Below are positions 11,601-19,241 of a stretch of 61,703 nucleotides of DNA, piece by piece. The position numbers and the translations under genes were made by a program. This DNA is from Pedosphaera sp. (GTDB lineage: Bacteria; Verrucomicrobiota; Verrucomicrobiia; Limisphaerales; AAA164-E04), in NCBI GenBank assembly GCA_002690655.1, contig NZFL01000025.1, positions 58,199-119,901 on the forward strand, given 5' to 3'. The notes beneath the pieces are model-generated. The model searched no databases, had not been told where the DNA came from, and saw only the letters and a program-made list of their open reading frames with translations. Position 1 is the stretch's first letter, and each line of letters begins with the position of its first letter.

Positions 11601-13066
11601 GCTTGAGTGCGGATGTTGTGCCGCTTTTGAGTTCTGCGGTTTTTAAATCCGTCATGCATTTGGCGAAAACGGATTCAGATCCTGAAGTGGTTTCACAAAT
11701 TGCAGCAAGTGCTCAACGACTCCGTCCCTCGCAAGGTTACCCCTTGGTTCAAGCGCTTTTTCAGCGCGATGAATGGTCCAGTGATCCCTACATACCGCAG
11801 CAGATCTGGTGGGCTTTGGAGTCTCAGATTCGCCAGCAACCAGAGGGAATGCTTGCGCTGCTGGGGACTCCGGATCAGTGGCAGTTTCTTCTGCTGCGTG
11901 AAACGCTGTTGAGCCGCCTGAGCCGCAGGTTGACCTCTGAACAAGATCCGAACAGTCTGACTCTCTGTGCCCGCCTCTTGATGAAGGCACCGGATAAGGA
12001 TGCGGTTTCGTTGCTGTTGGAGGGGATGGAATCCGCGTTGCAGGGATCTCGCCTCGAGGTTTTACCGGATGCATTGGACAAGGCCCTGAAAACAGTCACG
12101 GCAAGGTTTGGGTCGGATCCTTCCTGGGTTGGGTTTGGCCTTCGAATTGATAGCCCGTCAGCTTTTGTCTCTGCCCGTGAAATGGTGGCCCACTCCCAAC
12201 AGAAAGAGGAGACGCGGATCGCCATGATCAGCCGGCTCTCGGAGCTGCGCGACCAGCCATCGGTTTTCATCATGCTGCAACTCATCGGTGATAGCCATGC
12301 TTCTGAATCACTCAAGCTCGCCGCGATGAATGGGCTGCGTCGATTTGATGATGATGCCATTGCGGAAGCCTTGCTCGATCAATTGCCAAAGCTCGAAGGA
12401 GACCTCCTTCAAACCGCATTATCCGTGATGGCCGGACGAACGGAATGGACCGTTGCGCTGTTAACCGCAGTGGATCAGGGTGCATTGGCAAGGGAAGCCA
12501 TCTCATTCGATGTCTTGATTACCATGCAGCAGAGGGGGAATGAGCGGATCGGTTCTTTGATCAAGTCCAGCTGGGGTAATCTGCGTCAACCGAAAGCTGC
12601 CATTACCACACGCATCCATGAGGTCCAGACAACCTTGAAACGTCTGGGCGGAGATGCTCGCAAGGGTAAGGAGCTTTTTGCTCAAGTCTGTGGGGCCTGC
12701 CATGTTCTGCATGGGGAGGGTCGATCCATTGGGCCGGAACTCACCGGTTATGATCGTGGTAATCTCGATTTTCTGCTGCCGGCTGTTCTGGATCCAAATC
12801 TGGCCATCCGTGAAGAATTTGAACTTGTGACCTTGGCGCTGCGCGCAGCAGAGGGGGAGCTGGAAGGGGCTCTGTTGACTGGTTTCATTTCAGGAATGGA
12901 AGCAGGGGTTCTCACTCTGACCGATCTTGCCGGTAATCTTACCCGGATCGCGGAAACCGATGTCGTCAAACGCGAGCATTCCACTGTTTCCATCATGCCT
13001 GAAGGACTTTTGGACACGATGACGGAACAGCAGGTCGCCGATCTTTTTGCGTATTTGCAAAATTAG
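8666..13066 (+). CDS. PVC-type heme-binding multidomain protein (ThuA-like + sugar-binding jelly-roll + dehydrogenase-like beta-propeller + HEAT repeats + cytochrome c)
   Basis: ThuA-like (GGRVVYTSLG), GH2-type jelly-roll (GWYRSYVHVPESWRG), propeller (FDERGRMWV, WGPDGWLYG, GPDGAIYLSDW), C-terminal CGACH and IGPELTG...SIMPEGL. Start uncertain (ORF opens at 8576). Confidence 0.88.
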   Translation: MNALRLSRFFFCRFGVFVTLSFMLPLHGAEPLHVVFMVGEQEYETARTLPEFARQELTPKGIVSSFAHVSRDDSNHFKGLEALADADVLFVSVRRRTPPEAQMQLIRTFLNRGGSVVAIRTSSHAFDRDPPSADYVRWQSFDRDVLGGHYEGHYGNKPPTNPPSKIFLQASQKTHPLLKGLEQQSFLSTSHLYKNREMSAKATVLMDGVVVGMEVREPVTWTHETSSGGRVVYTSLGNTGDFGIQPFRRLLLNAIHWVAGRAVPEQLIHPGLKGDFDPNASLNGWVPMNVPSAWEQHPSGAFADTDGFGWYRSYVHVPESWRGSRLLLVVDEVSDVDEGFFNGIKIGANGAMPPLYQNPSSNIRRPFVIDPDWIRYGEDNLIAWRVYDKEGQGGILKGPVHLSRRDDAIDLQGAWLFRPGDAPSWSQWDHDPDSAEAKQASARFKQIAGVGFAGHAGIVDADIGGRQRRIQEVYEKFKGNTNVHALTEGKGAPLSPDAALESLEVSDGLSIDLVLSEPLVKQPLYIDFDERGRMWVVQYIQYPNPAGLEVLTWDNHLRKVFDAVPPPPPFDRPEHQKFVGKDKITLHEDTDGDGVFETHKTFLDGLNMCTSLAFDQEGIWVMHPPYLLFYADRNHDDQPDGPPEVHLSGFGLEDTHSIANSLKWGPDGWLYGATGSTVTARVKVERGESNKVYPFFGQNIWRYHPVTHHFELFAEGGWNTFGVDFDSKGRLYSGTNGNLQSVYFVQGGYYQKSFGKHGPHTNPYTFGHFFGLPIEGEKVRLVHQWVLYESGAIPSLENHFVGSNSLANKVHALRVMPDGSTFKTAEIESPVTTSDKWFRPVHNVIGPDGAIYLSDWYDARITHVDPRDNWDRERGRIYRLRDTRRSPGYAMDMHRRTTEQLVSSLSDQNQWIRSTARRLLREKKDPAAVALLQERLTNADGATALEALWTLEQMQSLGESTRLLSLNHADPHVRLWGVRLSADVVPLLSSAVFKSVMHLAKTDSDPEVVSQIAASAQRLRPSQGYPLVQALFQRDEWSSDPYIPQQIWWALESQIRQQPEGMLALLGTPDQWQFLLLRETLLSRLSRRLTSEQDPNSLTLCARLLMKAPDKDAVSLLLEGMESALQGSRLEVLPDALDKALKTVTARFGSDPSWVGFGLRIDSPSAFVSAREMVAHSQQKEETRIAMISRLSELRDQPSVFIMLQLIGDSHASESLKLAAMNGLRRFDDDAIAEALLDQLPKLEGDLLQTALSVMAGRTEWTVALLTAVDQGALAREAISFDVLITMQQRGNERIGSLIKSSWGNLRQPKAAITTRIHEVQTTLKRLGGDARKGKELFAQVCGACHVLHGEGRSIGPELTGYDRGNLDFLLPAVLDPNLAIREEFELVTLALRAAEGELEGALLTGFISGMEAGVLTLTDLAGNLTRIAETDVVKREHSTVSIMPEGLLDTMTEQQVADLFAYLQN

Positions 13067-13127
13067 GATTTGTATTTGTCTGCCCGATTCAACAAAGCTT
13101 TCATCACGCCCCTGAAGGCAATTGGGC

Positions 13128-14207
13128 ATGCACCTGGCTAAATTAAGATTAAGAGATTTTCGGAATTATCGGCGATTGGACATGATGTTTGATCCCGGTT
13201 TTCACCTGTTGCTGGGTAACAATGCTCAAGGAAAAACTAATATACTTGAATCCATCTATCTACTTGCCACCTTGCGTTCTTTCCGTGGCGTTGGTGCCGC
13301 CCAAATGATCCGACATGAGCAAGCGGGATTCTTTGTCGGTGCTGAAATCGTGGGGGTTCAGTCTGATGTGATCAAGTATTACTGGTCTTTGCGTGATCGC
13401 CGCCTGACGCTCAATCAGGATCCGGTCAAGCGTCTTTCCGATTTCTTTGGAACACTTCGTTCTGTGGTTTTCTGCACTGAAGATTTGCAGCTCGTCAAGG
13501 GAGCGCCACGGATTCGTCGGCGGTTCATGGATCTTTTACTTTCTCAAACCCAGCCTGCTTATCTGGGTAATCTTCAGCAGTATGCCAAGGTATTGCGATC
13601 GAGGAATGCCATTCTGAAACAGCATCGACCCGATCAGGATGTGCTTGATTCCTTCACGAGAGAACTCGTTCATTACGGGCAAGCATTGATTGAGGCGCGC
13701 AAACAGTTTGTGCCGCGCCTCTCCCCTCTTGCACGTCTCTCTTACCGTCGAATATCTGATGATGCCGAGGAATTCATGATGGTTTATCACCCGACGGTGC
13801 AAGGAGATTTCAGGGAAGAGCTGGACAGAGTAAAGGTCAGGGAAAGGCAATATCGATCCACCCTGGTGGGGCCACATCGTGATGATCTTAAATTACTTCT
13901 GAATAATCAGTCTGCAGCTCAATTTGGCAGCGAAGGTCAAAAGCGTAGCTTGGCCATCTCCTTGAAAGTAGCTCAGGCTGAATACTTGACCGGACTCTTC
14001 GGGCATCCACCTGTTTTATTGATTGATGATGTGATGGGGGAATTGGATCTAGCTCGCCGCGGTGGCTTGATGCCATTGCTTGAACGATCCCATCATGCCT
14101 CTGGTCAGGTCTTTATGACGTGTACTGAAGAAAACTGGCCCAAGGAACTTGGGAGGCGGTTGATCCGATGGAAAGTGGATCAAGGTTCCATTCAGCACGC
14201 TGATTAA
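13128..14207 (+). CDS. recF: DNA replication/repair protein RecF
   Basis: FRNY, Walker A GNNAQGKT, GPHRDD, signature SEGQKR, Walker B LLIDDV. Confidence 0.95.
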   Translation: MHLAKLRLRDFRNYRRLDMMFDPGFHLLLGNNAQGKTNILESIYLLATLRSFRGVGAAQMIRHEQAGFFVGAEIVGVQSDVIKYYWSLRDRRLTLNQDPVKRLSDFFGTLRSVVFCTEDLQLVKGAPRIRRRFMDLLLSQTQPAYLGNLQQYAKVLRSRNAILKQHRPDQDVLDSFTRELVHYGQALIEARKQFVPRLSPLARLSYRRISDDAEEFMMVYHPTVQGDFREELDRVKVRERQYRSTLVGPHRDDLKLLLNNQSAAQFGSEGQKRSLAISLKVAQAEYLTGLFGHPPVLLIDDVMGELDLARRGGLMPLLERSHHASGQVFMTCTEENWPKELGRRLIRWKVDQGSIQHAD

Positions 14208-14358
14208 ATTGGAGATCAGTACTTAAATGTGACCTGGAAAATGACGCGGACGCGCTTTTTGGCTTTCCAATGTGCTTGATTTCCATAAAGTGTTGCCGGT
14301 TTTCGGCTCAAAAAGGCCTTAAAAACACAAAAATACAATTACAAAATAAAAGATTCCT

Positions 14359-15393
14359 ATGCCAATCGCAACTCCGAAGCAATTCGCAGCCATGTTGGAC
14401 GCCGCACAAAAAGGCTCCTATGCCTATCCGGCGATCAACTGTACAAGTATCATGACCTTGAATTCTGCCTTCAAGGCATTTGCCGATATGAAATCAGACG
14501 GCATTATTCAATTCTCCACAGGTGCGGGTCAGTTTGCTTCAGGTCTGAACAACAAGGATGCCACCAAAGGCACCATCATTCTTGCTGAAGCCGCTCATCG
14601 TCTCGCGGAACAATATGACGTGCTCGTGGCACTCAATACGGATCACTGTCAGCCCAAGGCAGCTGCAACTTTCCTCAAACCTCTCATTGAAGCCACGGCT
14701 GCGCGTCGCGCCAAAGGGGAAAACAACCTCTTCCAGAACCACATGCTTGATGCATCCATTCTTCCGCTGGAAGAAAATATCGCCATTTCAAAGGAATATC
14801 TGAAACTTGCTGCTGAAAACGAGATTGTGCTGGAAGTCGAAGCTGGTGTAGTGGGTGGGGAAGAAGACGGCTCTGCAGGCACTGAAGACACTCCTGAAGA
14901 ACACCTATATACGACTCCTGAAGACATGCTGGCGGTTTACGAAGCCTTGCAGTCTATTGGTCGCTTCACCTTTGCCGCTACTTTCGGTAACGTGCACGGG
15001 CACTACAAGCCCGGCGCTGTGAAGCTTCGCCCTGACATCCTCAAGGATGGTCAGGCAGCTGTGGTCGCCAAATATGGTGCCGAGGCAGAGATGGACCTGG
15101 TCTTCCATGGTGGAAGCGGTAGTTTGCTTGAAGAGATCCGTGAAACACTCGACTACGGTGTGGTTAAAATGAATGTCGACACCGATACACAATATTCTTT
15201 CACTCGTCCGATCGCTGATCATTTTTACAAGAATTATGATGGCATTCTCAAGGTCGACGGTGAAATCGGTAACAAGAAGGTATATGATCCTCGCAGTTAC
15301 CTGAAAGCTGGTGAAAAAGGAATGGCAGATCGCATTGCTGAAGCGTGCTCGGATCTTCGCTCTGATGGGAAATCTATCTTTGGAGACGTCTGA
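14359..15393 (+). CDS. fbaA: class II fructose-bisphosphate aldolase
   Basis: YAYPAIN, TDHC, GGEEDG, FGNVHG, VFHGGSG, KMNVDTDTQ, YDPR. Confidence 0.96.
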   Translation: MPIATPKQFAAMLDAAQKGSYAYPAINCTSIMTLNSAFKAFADMKSDGIIQFSTGAGQFASGLNNKDATKGTIILAEAAHRLAEQYDVLVALNTDHCQPKAAATFLKPLIEATAARRAKGENNLFQNHMLDASILPLEENIAISKEYLKLAAENEIVLEVEAGVVGGEEDGSAGTEDTPEEHLYTTPEDMLAVYEALQSIGRFTFAATFGNVHGHYKPGAVKLRPDILKDGQAAVVAKYGAEAEMDLVFHGGSGSLLEEIRETLDYGVVKMNVDTDTQYSFTRPIADHFYKNYDGILKVDGEIGNKKVYDPRSYLKAGEKGMADRIAEACSDLRSDGKSIFGDV

Positions 15394-15411
15394 GCCAATC
15401 TCATTTTCATT

Positions 15412-15447
15412 CAAAAAAGGCGGTCCATTACGGGCCGCCTTTTTTTG
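15412..15447. terminator. bidirectional intrinsic terminator between convergent fbaA and yaeQ-like gene
   Basis: CAAAAAAGGCGGTCC-ATTAC-GGGCCGCCTTTTTTTG: GC stem flanked by A and T tracts. Confidence 0.85.
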
Positions 15448-15555
15448 TAATAATCAACTGGTATGATCAGCGCTGGGGTTTCTCATCATTGGCATGGTTG
15501 ATTCCAATGATAGTATTCTCAGCCGATGGGGATCGGGCGTCTCGGCGGGGTGGTT

Positions 15556-16107
15556 TCAGTAATCCAGAACGCCATAGGTAGAATCGAACCACAGTCCGTT
15601 GAAATCAAACTGCATGACAGGAGGACTGGCTTCTCCGTGAATCCAGGTGAGCGTGTTTTTACGATTCAGGTGTTCGCTGATCTCGTCCACTAATTCCTGA
15701 TCAAAATGGAGTATGCTGAATCTGCCTTGTCTGAGTTTGTTTCGCTTCAATGCTGCAAAAGCCTCTTCAGCCAGAGATTCAGATGAAACAGTGATGACCC
15801 ATTTGCTTAAAGGTGTTTTGGTGGCGACTTTTTTGATCCTTTTGAAATCCTCTGGCTGACATTCACCCCATAATTCGCATTCACCTTGCAGGTTCCATTT
15901 TCCAAATGAAGGTTGGTAGGGTGTATCTTCGTTCAAGGGCTGTCCATTGATCTGGAGGTTTTCTTCAAAGAGCACCGCGTAGGATAAAAGTCGGAGTGTC
16001 AAATGAACGGCTTCTTCCCATCCATGCCGAACCATTTCAATTTGATTCGGTAGCTGACGAGTTGGATCATGACTTTTGAGATCAACGTGGTAATGAAAGC
16101 CCTTCAT
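15556..16107 (-). CDS. YaeQ-like protein
   Basis: MVRHGWEEAVHLTLRLLSY resembles the YaeQ 'HPSET...RLLA' region; ELWGECQPED resembles 'LWIEVG.PD'; size about 180 aa. Confidence 0.65.
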   Translation of the reverse strand: MKGFHYHVDLKSHDPTRQLPNQIEMVRHGWEEAVHLTLRLLSYAVLFEENLQINGQPLNEDTPYQPSFGKWNLQGECELWGECQPEDFKRIKKVATKTPLSKWVITVSSESLAEEAFAALKRNKLRQGRFSILHFDQELVDEISEHLNRKNTLTWIHGEASPPVMQFDFNGLWFDSTYGVLDY

Positions 16108-16164
16108 TTGTTTTTAACCAGCGACTTCTGCGCAGTGCAGCAGGTTAACTGGAGTGGTACATAG

Positions 16165-16196
16165 CAAACGCCTCTCCGAAAGGGAAGAGGCGTTTG
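16165..16196. terminator. stem-loop downstream of sulfatase, probable terminator
   Basis: CAAACGCCTCT-CCGAAAGGGA-AGAGGCGTTTG, 11-bp perfect outer stem. Confidence 0.6.
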
Positions 16197-16301
16197 TCTT
16201 AAAACGTCCAATCCCATGAATCATTGTGCTCATCCCATCCTTACTCGATAAAACTTTTGTCTGATAAGGGGAGAAGGATTCTTGTTCCAATCATCTGAAA
16301 G

Positions 16302-17684
16302 TCACTGTATCAGTCTCATCGGCATCCGTGCACGGTTCTCCTTCAACCATGTTTGAAGCGACTGTTGAAGCGCAGCAGCCTTTGAACTGTGGATCGGGGC
16401 CAGATTGTTCTTTTCTTCCAGATCCTCTTTCAGATTGTAGAGTTCTATTGAATCATCATCGTAGAATTGGATGAGTTTGAAATCGCCACTCCGAACGGCG
16501 CTTCCCAATCGGTTGTTTTTGTGGAAAGCATAATTTGGATAGTGGAAGAACACGTTCCTGCGATTAAGCTGTTCTTTTCCTTTCAGCATGGGAATCAGAC
16601 TCACACCATCACTGACCCCTCCCAGGGGTAGTCTTACATCTGCAGCCTCCAGTAAAGTGGGGAATAAGTCCGTGCTGATGACAGGCGTGTTGGATACTGC
16701 GTTGGGCTTGATGTGGCCAGGCCATCGAATCATCCACGGAACTCGGATGCCACCCTCATAGAGATAACCCTTATTGGAGCGAAGAGGTGTATTTTCGAAG
16801 AGTGATCCGTTGTCTGATGTAAAAACAACCAGCGTATTGGATCGCTCTCCCATGGCGTCCAGGTGTTCAAGCACTCTTCCAATAGCCGTGTCCATGCCTT
16901 CTATCATGGCCATGTAATCGGGGCGTTTCACGCCTGCCCGTTTTTTATATTTTTCGATCAGGTGTTGGGGGGCTTGAATAGGGTAATGCACGGAGTAGTT
17001 CCACCAGCAGAGAAAGAACGGTTCATCCCGTTTTTGATCCATGAATGAAATGCATTCGTCCGCCAATCTTTCAGGGAGGTAATCACCCTCCTTGCGTGGG
17101 GAAATGTTTGGAATGCGGTAAGGTTCAAAGTAACTGGGAGGTCCCCCGTAACTGCAGCCGCCGACATTCAGGTCAAACCCTTGAAACTCGGGACGTAATC
17201 TAGGCTCAAGTGGACCTTCCGAGTCTTTGTCTCTGGTGTGAGAAAGGTGCCATTTTCCAATGAATCCAGTCGCATATCCTGCCTCCTGTAAATACTCGGC
17301 CAATGTTTTGTACTGAAGTCCAAGATGTGTCGTCCATTCGGCTCCTTTCAGATTGGAGTTTTCAGGAATGTGTTCGGGATTACCCGGTGCGTGATTGGTG
17401 ATGTGCAATCGGGCTGGTGAAACACCGGTCATGATGGCAGCTCGCGTTGGAGTGCAGACAGGGGCGGCTGCGTAGCCATCGGTGAAGCGAATGCCTTCCG
17501 ACGCCAATTGATCCAAATGGGGGGTATCCAATAAACCATTCCCCTGACAATGAAGATCCATCCATCCCAAATCATCGGCCATGATCAATACAATGTTGGG
17601 ACGATCATCGGTGAAACCTGAAACCGAGCCCCAAAGCAGTGTGGCGCAATAAAAAGCATGCTTGAAGCGAGTGATCAGAGACAT
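16302..17684 (-). CDS. formylglycine-dependent sulfatase (S1 family), secreted
   Basis: PNIVLIMADDLG, CTPTRAAIMTG (CxPxR), GKWHL, FTSDNG, KGYLYEGGIRVP; signal peptide. Confidence 0.95.
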   Translation of the reverse strand: MSLITRFKHAFYCATLLWGSVSGFTDDRPNIVLIMADDLGWMDLHCQGNGLLDTPHLDQLASEGIRFTDGYAAAPVCTPTRAAIMTGVSPARLHITNHAPGNPEHIPENSNLKGAEWTTHLGLQYKTLAEYLQEAGYATGFIGKWHLSHTRDKDSEGPLEPRLRPEFQGFDLNVGGCSYGGPPSYFEPYRIPNISPRKEGDYLPERLADECISFMDQKRDEPFFLCWWNYSVHYPIQAPQHLIEKYKKRAGVKRPDYMAMIEGMDTAIGRVLEHLDAMGERSNTLVVFTSDNGSLFENTPLRSNKGYLYEGGIRVPWMIRWPGHIKPNAVSNTPVISTDLFPTLLEAADVRLPLGGVSDGVSLIPMLKGKEQLNRRNVFFHYPNYAFHKNNRLGSAVRSGDFKLIQFYDDDSIELYNLKEDLEEKNNLAPIHSSKAAALQQSLQTWLKENRARMPMRLIQ

Positions 17685-17822
17685 GTTTACATGTTGATGG
17701 AAGATGGCCGGAGAAGCAATTGAAGGATCAGTAATTTTTGTTACAGCTGATGGACTGAAGTATGTCGAATGAAGTTTCAGCCCAATATGGATAGAGGAGT
17801 GGAGTTACTTCTGATCAATCAA

Positions 17823-19241
17823 CTATGCCAGAATGCTTTTCAACACATGCCCGTGCACATCGGTGAGGCGTCTGTCCAGTCCATTGTGACGATAAGTCAA
17901 GCGTTCGTGGTCAATGCCAAGCAAGTGCAACATAGTAGCATGCAGATCGTAGCACCAGATCGGGGATTCTGTTTTCCAACCCCATGGATCGCTTTGCCCG
18001 ATACGGGTTCCAGGCCGAATGCCTCCTCCTGCCAACCAGGAAACAAAGGTGCCACCGTTGTGATCACGACCTGAAGTGCCTTGAGTAAAAGGCATGCGCC
18101 CAAATTCGGTGGTCCAGATGACAAGGGTGTCGTCGAGTAGCCCCGTTGATTTTAAATCCTTGATGAAACCTGTGATGGGTTGGTCAACCTGTCTCGCAAT
18201 CCAGGGTAGCTCCGTATGAATGTTGGAGTGGTTGTCCCAATTGTTCTTTGGACCTCCAGCTCCGCTCCATATTTGTATGAAGCGTACATCGCGCTCGAGC
18301 ATGCGCCTTGCAATCAGACAGCGTGTGCCGAAGTCTCGTGTTTCATCTGCCTCCAAACCGTAGAGGGATTTCACGGAGGCGCTCTCACGGTTCAGATCAA
18401 AAAGTTCAGGAGCCAGCAGCTGCAATCTTGCGGCGTCCTCGTAGGATTGCATCCTGGACTCCATCCGAAGATCTCCACCGGATGCAGCGAGATGTGAATG
18501 ATTCAACTTTTTCAGTAAACTCAAACCATCCGATTCGCTTTGATCGGTGATTTCCTTGATCGTTGGAGGGGGACTCAAAAAGGGGACCGGAGTCTCGCTT
18601 GAAGGTTGAATGACGGTTCCCGTGTGTTTTGCAGGTAAAAAGCCTGAGGAGAAATTGCCCTGATTATTGTAAGGCAGCCCCCTGGGGTCCGGCATGACGA
18701 CGAATTCCGGCAGATTGCGGTTCAGTTTACCCAGTGCATAACTAACCCACGAGCCTGCACATGGAAATCCCGGCAACGAAAAACCGGTGTTTTGCATGAA
18801 ACTCGCAACGCCGTGCACGTTGCTGGTGGATTGCATGGACATGAGGAACGACAAGTCATCCACCATACCGCTCATGTGTGGAAAGACATCACTTACCCAT
18901 TGCCCGCATTGCCCATGCTGCTTGAATTCGAAGGGACTGTCCATGACCTTGAAACCGGGTGAATTGGTCACGGATTCCACCAATTGTCCTTCGCCTGGAT
19001 TGAATCGCTGACCGTGCATAGGTTTCAACGCAGGTTTGTAGTCAAAGGTATCCATGGGGCTTACACCACCATTCATGAATAATTGAACTACCCGCTTGAT
19101 GCGGGGCCTGTGGTGAACGTAATCACCAACATGGGGTTGAGTGGCTTCCTCAGCCAAGAGGCTGTTCAGGGCCAATCCACCAAAACCTCCCCCCAGGGTA
19201 TTGAGGAAATCACGTCGCTGCATGGCTTTTGAAATACTCAT
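17823..19241 (-). CDS. DUF1501 family protein (Tat-exported)
   Basis: QRRDFL twin-arginine motif, LFMNGGVSPMDTFDYKP, WDNHSN, TEFGRMP, GRDHN; ATG 19241 overlaps the upstream stop (ATGA). Confidence 0.93.
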   Translation of the reverse strand: MSISKAMQRRDFLNTLGGGFGGLALNSLLAEEATQPHVGDYVHHRPRIKRVVQLFMNGGVSPMDTFDYKPALKPMHGQRFNPGEGQLVESVTNSPGFKVMDSPFEFKQHGQCGQWVSDVFPHMSGMVDDLSFLMSMQSTSNVHGVASFMQNTGFSLPGFPCAGSWVSYALGKLNRNLPEFVVMPDPRGLPYNNQGNFSSGFLPAKHTGTVIQPSSETPVPFLSPPPTIKEITDQSESDGLSLLKKLNHSHLAASGGDLRMESRMQSYEDAARLQLLAPELFDLNRESASVKSLYGLEADETRDFGTRCLIARRMLERDVRFIQIWSGAGGPKNNWDNHSNIHTELPWIARQVDQPITGFIKDLKSTGLLDDTLVIWTTEFGRMPFTQGTSGRDHNGGTFVSWLAGGGIRPGTRIGQSDPWGWKTESPIWCYDLHATMLHLLGIDHERLTYRHNGLDRRLTDVHGHVLKSILA

